A DNA stretch of 64,000 nucleotides from Octopus sinensis. Its lineage: Eukaryota. Of this stretch, positions 23,471 through 35,149 are shown one piece after another. Location of the stretch: assembly GCF_006345805.1 (NCBI RefSeq), contig NC_043011.1, positions 23,572,464-23,636,463 of the forward strand, in the 5' to 3' direction. The notes below the pieces were generated by a model. That model ran no database searches. It was given only the letters and a program-made list of their open reading frames with translations, and had not been told where the DNA came from. Each line of letters starts with the position of its first letter. Position 1 is the stretch's first letter. The translations under genes and the position numbers were made by a program.

Positions 23471-24613
23471 AGTTTCTTAGCATTGAAACTTATTTTTCTT
23501 AAAAACCTCTCAAATGTTATAAAATGGGGACTGTAGGAAAAGGGTATCTGTTTAAGTCTGAGAAAGATGTTATAAAAGATAGTGCGACATTGATATGGGA
23601 TATAAAGCCTGCACAGACAGAAATATCTTGGTAAACCAAGCTGACACGACTACAGAAGCTTATAAGAACAAATATGAATGATGGCTAATATATTCTTATA
23701 GAAAGGAACCTAAAAGAAAATATATCCTTGAAATGTAGATCACATCTGCTTGACTTGATTAATCAAGATTATTGATTTCTTTTGACTAGGCACAACGATA
23801 ATTTTTGCTGTCAATACTTATGATTGAACAGTCTGCATTAGTATTCACATTATATCAAACCCCAAAAGATGAAAGACAACATCAACAGCAGGGTTTAAAA
23901 TTAGAATTAGGACTGATAAGATTAAATACCATATAACATTCTCTCTTGTAGCATTCTATCAATTCTAAGAACTCCTAGCTGTTGATTAATTTATAATATT
24001 AATTTCTTACATTGGTTCAAAGTAACAGATTTATACAAGGAAGTTTAGTCAATCAAATCAATTTTTAGTATAACAACACTACTATATTTAACTGTCACTC
24101 CAGAGGGATGAATAAGAAAATCAACTCCAGTGAGATTTTAAACTTGTAAAAAGTCTATCAAAATACTGAACAGCATTTTATTCAATACTTTGTCATATCA
24201 TCTACTCCCCATATTCTGATTAATTTATAACATTAGCAATAAACAATTTAATTAGCTAAAGATTTCTTGCTGGTTATTTAAAGCAGGCAGTGATTGACGA
24301 AAAAAAAAACCGATTTACTTCAGCAGCTGATTATGTTTTTATTCAATATTAATGTGGTCAGAAGAAGCAAGGAAATAAAATATGCTTATACATTCAGCTG
24401 TTAATTCAGATGGATTTAACAGGAGACTGGATAGTTTCATAAATAATGAAGTATAATGAAACCATTTATGGATTTATCACATTTCACTGCTACAGATATT
24501 TAACTGTTCAGTATACACTTAACAATGCCTTATGATAGAAAGAGAACACCCATGAAAGCACAAAAAAATGTTCCCAATTCCATGTGTACATATACAGGAA
24601 GTATTTGATCAAT

Positions 24614-24998
24614 CGTGGAGGCGCATTGGCCCAGTGGTTAGGGCAGCGGACTCGCGGTCATAGGATCGCGGTTTCGATTCCCAGACTGGGCGTTGTGAGT
24701 GTTTATTGAGCGAAAACACCTAAAGCTCCACGAGGCTCCGGCAGGGGATGGTGGTGATCCCTGCTGAACTCTTTCACCACAACTTTCTCTCACTCTTACT
24801 TCCTGTTTCTGTTGTACCTGTATTTCAAAGGACCGGCCTTGTCACTCTCTGTTTCACGCTGAATATCCCCGAGAACTACGTTAAGGGTACACGTGTCTGT
24901 GGAGTGCTCAGCCACTTACACGTTAATTTCACGAGCAGGCTGTTCCGTTGATTCGGATCAACCGGAACCCTCGTCGTCGTAACCGACGGAGTGCTTCC
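24614..24998 (+). mobile_element. tRNA-derived SINE family A, young full-length copy
   Basis: A box TGGCCCAGTGG, B box GGTTTCGATTCC, many intact CpG, 11-bp TSD ATTTGATCAAT (24603-24613 and 24999-25009). Confidence 0.92.
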
Positions 24999-25434
24999 AT
25001 TTGATCAATAATTGCAGGTAAATATCTCCCATTTAATCATTTTCACAGTATAAGATCAGTCTATTGAGTAATGCCGAAGCATTAATCTAATCCTAGCACC
25101 ACCTCGTGAGCAGCATGTAACAGTGTGGTGGCTCTAACATTTATCTTCTCAAAGCTAGGGTCAACCTAAAAAGATGACACATGTATATAATCCAATGAAT
25201 GTATTCTGTGATTGCCAGCCTCTGATAATTGATATGAGAAGAAAGAATAGCACATGCATAGACAGTATATACAGCTTTGCTGACCCAAGTTGCTTTTTCA
25301 TGCAGTCACACTCTTGAGGCTTGGGAAGGTATTTTGATCACTATCTGAAGTATCTTGATTTGTTGCAAAGTAATATGTTTCAAAAGGAGTAATGCTGGTA
25401 CTCCTTTTATCAATAAGATTCAAGATTCTTCTAT

Positions 25435-25822
25435 TTTTTTATTTTTTACTTATTTCAGTCATTTGACTGTGGCCATGCAGGAGCATGGACTTAAAGAGTT
25501 TTTCAGTTGAAGAAATCAACCCCAGGACCTATTCTTTGTAAGCCTAGTAGTTATTCTATCAGTTTCTTTTGCTTAATCGCTAAGTTACAGGGATATGAAC
25601 ACACAACATTGGTTGTCAAGTGATGGTGGGAGGCAAACACAGATACAAAGACACACACACATAAAACAGGCTTCTTTCAGATTCTGTCTACCAAATCCAC
25701 TCACAAGGCTTTGGTCGGCTCGAGACTATAGTAGAAGACACTTGCCCAAGGTGCTACACAGTGAGACTAAATACTGAACCACATGGTTGGGAAGCAAGCT
25801 TCTTACCACACAGCCATGCCTA
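25435..25822 (-). mobile_element. SINE family B
   Basis: Same head, microsatellite linker and tail as 55970-56385. Confidence 0.8.
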
Positions 25823-26014
25823 TGCTACTGCCGGGACTCACTTTTATCAGTAGGATTCAGTATGTTAAAAAAAAAAAAGCTTGAATTTCTTTGAAATACC
25901 CTCACACTCTCTAACATGAGAACTGCTTGTTTAAATATACATTCAGAGAATTAATAGGAAGAGAAAATGTAGCTGCTGCTGTTGACATTGCAAGTCTTCA
26001 AATTCCAGAGACAG

Positions 26015-26134
26015 ATGAATTCAGAGTTGATGGGGGAGTGAGAATTTTCAGAAATGAATTCAGAGTTGATGGGGGAGTGAGAATTTTCAGAAATGAATTC
26101 AGAGTTGATGGGGGAGTGAGAATTTTCAGAAATG
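26015..26134. repeat. Perfect tandem triplication of a 39-bp unit
   Basis: ATGAATTCAGAGTTGATGGGGGAGTGAGAATTTTCAGAA x3 (26015-26053, 26054-26092, 26093-26131), no mismatches. Confidence 0.97.
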
Positions 26135-27157
26135 GTTGATTTAGTAGTCATATTCCACTTTAGAGCCACTTGGAATAAAAGACGAGATAAGAGGATGCTG
26201 GTGGTGGGTCTTGTGAAATTAAGAGAGTTGGAAAAGAGGAAAAGAAGTCAACATGTTCTGGATGTGTACTCCGTTCTTGACACACAGATTCAACAGTGTT
26301 TCAACTAACCTTATATCATCATAGTTTTAACATCCACTTTTCTATGTTTGCATGTGTCAGATGGAGTTTTATTGAGGCAGATTTTCTATAGTCAGATGCC
26401 CTTCCTGTTGCCAACCCTCCCATTTCCTAGCAAGATAATGTTTTCCCAGAATATTGGAAATCAATAAGGCTGCTTATATGACAATGATACTTATTTAAAA
26501 CTGTCATATTATGTCAAGACAACATGACCCAAACATACACACAATCACAAATAACAGGCTCCTTTCAGCTTTTGTCTACCAAATCTGTTCACGAGAATTT
26601 TGTCAGCTCAGGATATGTGCCCAAGGTGCCACACAGTCACACTAGTGACTAGCTATATTATCATCATCATAATTATAATTATTATTATTATTATTATTAT
26701 CATTGTGGCTTTTATGGGTTTTTCCACGAGTAACCGTTCGAAGCACCTTCCCCTATTGGGAGTTTTAATTGTTACTTATATTTCGTTGTTATCCTGCTTT
26801 TGTACACGGACTTTTTCAAACGGACAAAACCCTTTGTAAATTTTGTCCTGTGTTTTGTCCCTTTATGTTTTAATTGATTTTTGTTAGCCCTTGTGGCCAA
26901 TAAACGAACGAATTATTATTATTTTTATTATTAAAATGAGTAAAGACTCCCTTCAGTCATGAATGATCATGGGATTGCACCTAGCAATCGCTCATGCATA
27001 CCAGCCTCCCCACACCACCAGTGTTATCCAAGGGAAAGGCAAAGGCCGATACAGCTTGGCACCAGTGATGTCACAACTCATTTCTACAGCTGAGTGAACT
27101 GGAGCAACATGAAATAAAGAGTCTTGCTCAAAACCTATTATTATTATTATTATTATT

Positions 27158-27375
27158 AAGGTGGTGAGCTGGCAGAATTATTAGAAGGCCAGACAAAACG
27201 CATAGCAACATTTTATCCACCTTTACGCTTTGATTTCGAATTCCATCATGGTCAACTTTGCCTTTTATCCTTTGGAGGTTGAAGAAATAAGTATCAATTG
27301 AGCACCTGGGTCAATGTAATGACTAGCCCTCTCCCACAAAATTTCAGGCCTTGTGTCTATTGTAGAAAAAAATTA
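27158..27375 (+). mobile_element. Short interspersed repeat family D (SINE-like)
   Basis: ggtggtgagctggcagaa...ggtcaactttgccttttatcctttgg...aaataagta. Other copies at about 11612-11830 (-), 18815-19035 (-), 21508-21815 (+), 28870-29075 (-), 30875-31010 (-) and 60030-60240 (+). Confidence 0.75.
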
Positions 27376-27508
27376 CTACTACTACCACCACCACCACCAC
27401 CACTAATATATTCTATCTATAGAGAATATAAGAAGCTGCATGCCTTTATACAACCAATACTTCAAAGTTTCACAGAAATGTTCCTCAAGACAATGTGACT
27501 GGCTAAAC

Positions 27509-28099
27509 CAGTGATTTCCAATGTAGGGTAAATGCCCCACCAGCGGGGCCTGGAAAAATCATGGTGGGGTATGCGACCCAAAATTTTCTCTCTCTTTTTT
27601 TTTTCTTTTCTTTTTAGTGGGACATAGAATTGTGAAAATCATTTTTTTCATAGCAAGCATTACACCTATATTCAGCTTAGCATACTGTGTGAAGACTGGT
27701 TGCAACACTATAGCACTACTGTAATCCCTTGCCATGTCACAGTTCACCAATTGTGGTTCACCTATCACGGTTTATTAGTTAAGCTTACGTTGAGTCCTCT
27801 TTAGTGTTGTCTTGCATTTATAATAAAATATATACAAATTATAAACATAATAAAATAATATACACTACAGTATTGTTTCTACTTCATGGATTTTTACCTA
27901 TCACAGGGGGTTTTGGAATATAACACCCACAATGGCCGAGGAATTACTGTATTCTAATGCCCTAGTGTGGATATTTCTTTAAGGAAAATATATAATTATG
28001 AAATATTAAAAATAAAGTTTTTTCCCAATCACTGGAGGAGCATATATTTTTCTTGAAAGTTACAGTGGGGCCTGGGGGAAAATTAGTTGGGAAACACTG
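27509..28099. mobile_element. hAT-type MITE containing a nested pogo/Tigger-type MITE
   Basis: TIRs CAGTGATTTCCAA / CAGTGTTTCCCAA; TSD GGCTAAAC (27501-27508) vs GGGTAAAC (28100-28107), 7/8 with central TA. Confidence 0.75.
27719..27949. mobile_element. pogo/Tigger-type MITE
   Basis: TA-flanked; TIRs CTGTAATCCCTTG / CAGTAATTCCTCG (10/13). Confidence 0.65.
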
Positions 28100-28125
28100 G
28101 GGTAAACTGTAAATCCAATGAATCA

Positions 28126-28490
28126 CAGACATGGCTGTGTGGTAAGAAGCTTGCCTCCCAACCACATGGTTCCTTGTTTAGTCCCACTATGTGCCACCTT
28201 GGGTATATGTCTTCTCCTGTAGCCTCAGGCTAACCAAAGCCTTGTGAGGATTTGGTAAATGGAAACTGAAATGTATATGTACATATCTATGTGTGCGTCT
28301 TTCTGACAGCTTGACAGCTGGTGTTAGTTTGTTTACATCCCCGTAATTTAGACGTTCAGCAAAACAGAACTGTCAGAATAAGTACCAGGCTTAATAAATA
28401 AGTACTGGGGTTGATTAGTTTGACTAAACCCTTCAAGATGGTGCCCCAGGTTGGCTGAAGTTCAATGATTGAAACAAGCAAAGGAAGAAA
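28126..28490 (+). mobile_element. SINE family B
   Basis: catggctgtgtggtaagaagcttgcctcccaaccacatggttcc ... caagatggtgccccagg. Confidence 0.8.
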
Positions 28491-29298
28491 GATAAAGATA
28501 AATCATCATGAGAATGGATTATTAAACTGAAAATGTGAGACGAGAATCCACAAAACACAGTATGGGTGAAAATCACCATGATTCATCTCTGTGGATGGAA
28601 CTAGGCCAATAGTATTTTTTTTTTTTTCTAAAGCAACATGACTGTAAAAAGTTTATGAAGTGCACCAATTAAGTTTATTAAATTAAATTAAGTTTATGAA
28701 GTGCACCAATGACATTAGCAATTAAACTGATTGATATTAGGTCCAATGGGTATGTGGCCATGCTTGAAACTATGACGGGTGCGTTGGAATTGATCATAAA
28801 TCACCAGCCTGGTAAAATGTTGGGTTTTCAATATACTGAATTTTAAAAACCTGTCCTAAGCAACCCATTGCAATTTTTTTTCCTACTACAGGCACACAGC
28901 CTGAAATTGGGGGGAAGGAGTGCTAGTCCATTACATTGACTCCAGTGCTCAACTTGTATTTGTTTTTACTGACACTGAAAGGATGAAAGGCAAAGTCAAC
29001 CTCAACAGAATTTGAACTCAGAGCGTAAAGGCAGATGAAATGTCCAGCATGCTAACAATTCTGCCAGCTCACAAGCAGAATAGACTTGGCTGCTGCTTTT
29101 CCTATCAAAAATTGACAATTTTAATTTGTGATCTGTGAGCAGCACAGAAGTGGTACTTGTAAACAAAGTACACTTTTTTTTTTATATTTGATTAAATCTT
29201 CTGACTGTTATTAATCAGCATGCATGATACCTTGAGCAAATAGCCTCAAGCTGACCAAAGCCTTGTGAATTGATTTGGCAGTTGTAAAATGAAAGAAG

Positions 29299-29341
<43 letters not shown>

Positions 29342-31328
29342 TGTGTGTGTGTGTGTGTGTGCGCGTGTGCATGCATGCATATTACTGTCTCCTTGCTTGG
29401 CTTCACATGATAGTTGTAAAGAATGTCACTGTCATGCAAGCAGTGACCTTTGTTTCTAGTCTTCTATGAAAACCATGTTTGGTTGTGGGGAAATATTACT
29501 TGGAAACAGATGCGGGCTGACAATAGGAAGGGTATCCAGCTTTGTACAACCCTTGTGAGTGTGGAAAAGTGGAGCTCTGTATAACCCATGCGAGTGTTAG
29601 AATAGTGGTGGTAGTGGTGATATAGCTTAGCCAAAAGAGGGATAGTCAGTGCCCATAACCTTTGTAGGGATGCTTAACCCTAAAATTAAAGTGGTTAAAC
29701 TGGGATACGTCCTTATGAATGATGACAATATTAAGTTCCCTATATTCCCTGTATTTAAGTGAAACTTTTAATTTTCAAGTGTGGTACAGCTAAATCAGGT
29801 CTGATAAAATATTTACTATTATTGATGGTGGGTAAAATTTTTTCTGGTACAAACCATAGGTAAGAATTGGTTTGTTTCTAGAATGTCATTAAGTCTTGCA
29901 GTATAATTAACATACAATCAGACTGATCTATTTATTTTATTAACAAGTGCCAGTGGAACAGCTGACTGGTCTAACACTGGAAACTCCTGAAGAAATACAG
30001 GTTACATAGTTACCTATCACTTTTAGCTTTTTAAAAATCTTGAAACATGTCATCAAATGCTGAACAAGGAAGATTGGCCACTAAAGATTCATGTTAGTAT
30101 TTGAAGTTTTATGTTGTGTGAAACAGCATTTTCTAATTTTTCAAAAAGTGTGGTTGAATCTGCTTGCAGTTTCCCCTCTCTCAGTTTTCACAGTAACATT
30201 CTAACATTGTCATAAACTTCCATTTGAAAAATATCTCCATCAGACTTGGGTCACATTCCAAAAGTGACACAAAGAGAAAGTGGGGTTAAAAGTTCAAACC
30301 CTGACATCACATTAGTGACCCTCTCTGCAGAAATTTCAACATCAGAGAAATTGTATGTTTCAGTGATTAATTAATCTCTTGTTGGACTTCAATTCTACTA
30401 ATGTGTGTGGGGGGGGGGTCTTTTGCTTTTGATTTTTTTTTTTTTTTAAATCAGCACATTCTATTATTATTGTCAGAAAAAATGTAAGTTTAACAGAACA
30501 GTTTTGACAGTCCAGATATACAACTGTTCAGTAGTTACAATCATGTAAGAAACCCTTGCAGTATAATGAGGATGACCTTGAGATGTTCTCAACAAGGTGT
30601 GTGCCATATGAATAAAGAAAAGCCACAAAGGCTTATTTACAAGTAAAGATCTTCTTAGAAGGACACAACTACTTTCATAATATAAAACCATCTAAATAAA
30701 TGGTTTTATATTATAAAAATAGTTATATTATCGTTGTCAATATTCATAACATTTAAGTTGAATTTCCAGTCTCTAATCCTGGTTTCTCCAATGTCAGCAA
30801 CTGTTGAGACCCTCACAAAATACATTACTTAAGTAAGCCCTAATTGTAAAATAAAAATTTTTTTAATGGTTTCTGATTTAGAAAGAAGGCCAACAATTTT
30901 GATGAGAGCAGGTAAGTCAATTACATTGATCCAAGTATATGATTGGTGCTTTATTTTATCAAACTAGGAGAGATGCAAGGCAAAGTTGACATTGGCAGTA
31001 TGGAATGTTAAATGCAAAACAGCATATGACTAACAACTAGTTTTAGTTCCCCACAACAAAAGAATATGCGACTAACTTGCCAATTTGTGTTATGTGCTCA
31101 CGTGTGTGTATATATGCATTTATCAACCATGTTAACATACTGATTACAAAAGAAAAGTTGATGAAAGCAATATTTAAATTAGTTTCTTCAATCTATCATA
31201 AATTGCTAATTTATATCATTGTTTCCTCTATTAAAAACCTAAAACAAGTGTGTGTGTGTGTGGATTAAGAGGAAACTACTGAACTATCATAACTGATTAT
31301 TCATTCAAGCATTGAACTATTTGTCATA

Positions 31329-32090
31329 TGAAGATGGGCTGAAAAGTTCATAGGCTGACTATGAAAGAGTGATGCAAGAGCTGTGAAATTTTGCATGCAT
31401 TCATTTAAATTTTTCTTATTAAATAACTGCATTGTTTCATTCCCAGTAAACTGACATTGAACTCTTCAAAGAAGACTTCAAAAGTAATTAGTAGCAACTT
31501 CTCTAGAAGATGGGCAAAATTAGCATTGTGGTTTTATCAAGTATTTGCAGAAAAAGAAGTCATCACATCTGCAAGGAAGGTGATGTCCTCAGTTTCTTGG
31601 GGATGCAAAAGGCATTATGTTTATTGACTATCTTCAAAAGGGCCACACCATCAATGGAGAGTACTATTCCAACTTGCTGAGGCAGTAATGAAAGGCTATC
31701 AAGACCAAACACCCAGGAAAACTGACAAAATGGGTCTTGTTTCATCGGGACAATGTTCCTGCACACAAGTTGGTTTCAACAGCTGCTGTACATGACTGAC
31801 TGTGGCTTTGAACTGGTTGATCATCCTCCCTATTCTCTTGAATTGGCCCCATCTAACTAAACTGAATTGGCCCCAACATGAAAAACACACTTGGCTGGGA
31901 ACCAGTGTTGCAGTGATAATGACATCATATCTGCTGTTGATGTCTTTGACCAACATGATGAAAGCTTCATCAATAGGATCCAAACACCACAACACCAATC
32001 GAAGAAGTTTGTGGACCACTACGAGGACCATTTTGGTCACATTCTATGAGAGTATCTTGGTTAGCCTATGAACTTTTCTGACGTTCAATA
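31329..32090 (+). mobile_element. Internally deleted mariner (irritans-like) with both TIRs
   Basis: Left TIR tgaagatgggctgaaaagttcataggctga follows a TA; right TIR ttagcctatgaacttttctg (32061-32080). Inside: SARKVMS, FIDYLQKGHTINGEYYSNLL, FHRDNVPAH and DHPPYSLELAPS. Subfamily assignment is from memory. Confidence 0.88.
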
Positions 32091-32254
32091 ATCAAGAAAT
32101 TGTGTAGTTTTTATTCAAATCAATTTTATTAATTTGAAGAAAGTCCATGTGTATATAATATTGTGACACTGGTCTTCATGATGAAATTCTACAAAAGCTT
32201 TTGTCAAGTCAATAATTTAGAATTAGAACCATTTTAAATATAAATATTTCTTAC

Positions 32255-32385
32255 CTTGGAAAAAACACACTTTCAACTACAGCAAAATCTTGTAAGAGTA
32301 CATCACGCTCTGGTTTGGATGAGAGTCCACCAACACTTTGACCAATCCCCAGTTGGATGGCAGCCATCAATTCTGAGGTTGGTTT
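32255..32385 (-). CDS. PIP5K1: PIP5K type I coding exon ([43 protein letters not shown]), phase 0-2
   Basis: 131 nt, acceptor TTTATAG, donor AG|GTAAGA. Matches the conserved AIQLGI...PERDVLxQDF...FP segment; absent from the ORF track because it is short. Confidence 0.95.
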
Positions 32386-34708
32386 CTATAAATAAAAAAA
32401 AAAAAAACTTCATTTAATATAAAAATGCAAGAAAAGGTAGCAACAGTGGTCACTAAGACCATACCATCACTGCAGAGTATGGAGTACTGTGCTTCACATC
32501 TGAATAGTACATAAAATGGTGTTGACTGATACACTTTCTCTTACTAACAAGCCCTATCAAAGTTTCATATTGCACTTTTCAACAATTACAAACACTCACT
32601 TATATTGGTTCGCTTTCCCCACACTCCAGAAATATATTATATGGTTTAAGATCCATAATCCTTTCTTCTCAAAGCTATCTTTATGAAAACCTTTTACCAT
32701 TCTTGCATGTTACCCAATATTAAATGCCTCAAACAAAGAAAGTACACAAATTTTGTGTTTATTGCACACTTTTTTTAAGAGCTCCACAGCTGATTTAAAA
32801 AAAATATCAAGAAACCAACACTTAAAGAAACATTGTTTGCACAAGATTTAAGCATTTTATATTTACATTAGTATTCATAAATATCAATCTATTTTGACAA
32901 AACACAATACTTTTGTAAACGTAAGATATAATCAACTGGGTCAAGCCCATGATTTTACTATTAATCAGTTGAGATTTCACTTCAAGGTCTGGTCTTTGTT
33001 GTGGTGTAGTGGCTTGTGTGCCTCAATCACCCTTAGAGATATGCTAACAGAGTGCAAGCTCCTGGTAGGACCTTCCATGTTGGACAGGTCTAAGGATAAA
33101 GGCTAGACTAATGTGAACCTCTTCCCAGAGGTAAAAATGGGTTTGCCTGGGGGTCAATGCCCCTCTCTAGGAAAAAAAACAGTTACAGAAGCATCAACAG
33201 CAATTCAAATCCAACAAGACCTGGGAGAGGAAAAGACAGCTCAGAGTTTAGAACAGTGGAGGAAAGTTATCAATGGCTTATACTCAATAGAGAATGGAAA
33301 AGCTTAAGTAAGTACTGGTGAGATTAAAACCAAAGTGAACCCCAATGGGATTTTAACTTTGAACAGTAAGCTGTTGAAATTAAAAGTGTAGTCCTCTTAA
33401 GATTTTCTCACTGTCCAAGCTATCTTCAATGTCACAGAGTTTATAAATAATATAAAGATAAACATCTACAATAAAATAATCTTTGTATAAGAATGTAATG
33501 CATTTCCAAAATTTACTAGACATATTTGGTGACAAATTCTAATAAGCAAACTTTCAATTAAACGAGCAATCATATTGTAAAACAGATACAAAAATAGAAA
33601 AAGACAGCTAGCAGGGAAAAAAATTGTAAATGAGCCAAGGCCAACATAGAAAAACAAATATTGATTTCTTACATAGGCTCATAGCCAAATATTTATAGAA
33701 GAGAAACATTTAGTTGTAGTGTTCAGTCTTTTCCCAAAGGCATTAACACTGTGAATGAAACAAACTGGCCTCAAACAATTATCAAAGCTAGGTTACTGAC
33801 AATGCCCTGGGCATAACCTCTATTCTACCATACTTGCCAATGTGAAAGATCAAATACTGAAAGCAGTTTTAACTATTTATTTACTCTTTAGTGCCATTTT
33901 CTTATTCTGCTTTAAATGTTAAAATTTTCTTACTTCTCACCCCTTGAGTGTGTGTGCTTGGTGGGGAGGTATATTCACAAGAAAACTGCACATGTATACA
34001 CAGCTAAAATTATTAATCCATAGATAAAGCAACTAAAAATTTTCACAAATTACATCAACAATGGGGGTCGAAAATATAAGCATGGCTGAAATTAGAACCA
34101 ATTTTAAAAGAAAATACTCAATGTAAATTTTATTGAAATTCTAAAATTAGGCCCCACTTCTATCATTTAACTTCAGAAAGTTTCTTGATAATAATCACCA
34201 TTCATTTTTTTTTTTTTTTTTTGTTTTCAAGATTACAATATTAATTTATGATTAAATATCTGTAGGCTAATAACAACCACTTCTTAAGCAAGCATGAAAA
34301 CGGAATTAAATAAGAAAAAGGAGAAAAAAAGATTTGTATTCATGCATTACCAAACAACATTAATGATGCTATTTAATGAGGATTTCCATTTACTGATTAA
34401 TTAATTATAGCATCATGTAGATACCCTCTAATAACATATCATTGATTAATATAGAGACATTGATCCTAACGGAAATAAAACAGCAAAGGGCAGATTTGCC
34501 TTTTTTAAAAGAAAGGCATTAGTGCTTTTTTTTTTAATCAGAACAGCATTAAAGCAAATAAATCATAACCAAGTTTTTGTTTACAGGATCAAAAACAATA
34601 GAGGCAGAAACCACACTTTAGTAATTAATATTGTTTAAAAAATACATAACACACTAATTTTTTATTACTACTGCTCTAGTCTGAATAATCAGAGACAAAA
34701 TAAACTGC

Positions 34709-34766
<58 letters not shown>

Positions 34767-34770
34767 TATA

Positions 34771-34816
<46 letters not shown>

Positions 34817-34821
34817 TTATA

Positions 34822-34878
<57 letters not shown>

Positions 34879-34889
34879 TTATATATATT

Positions 34890-34920
<31 letters not shown>

Positions 34921-34941
34921 TATATATATATATATATATAT
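34709..34941. repeat. 233-nt A/T-only interrupted (TA)n array
   Basis: No G or C between 34709 and 34941. Confidence 0.95.
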
Positions 34942-35117
34942 GTGAGGGGGGGGGGCGATTACCACTTCGTTACAAGAGGTCATTCCCTTCAATTAGTAAA
35001 TGCTGTCATAAGATTTCATGCAACCAGCAAGTCTGGCTTTGGACAAACAGACCCTACTGCAGATATTACAAATATTTTCAGGCAGAAAAAGTGTCTGGGA
35101 ATGAAGTTCAGTTTTGT

Positions 35118-35149
<32 letters not shown>

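Noticed and set aside
24614-24690. tRNA gene (also at about 6340-6410, 7022-7090 and 38880-38950)
   Set aside because: A and B boxes are present, but each continues into a shared repeat body, one has a TSD, and there is no oligo-T terminator or convincing cloverleaf. These are SINE heads.
26015-26134. CRISPR-like direct repeats
   Set aside because: The repeats are directly adjacent with no spacers, there are no cas genes, and the context is eukaryotic.
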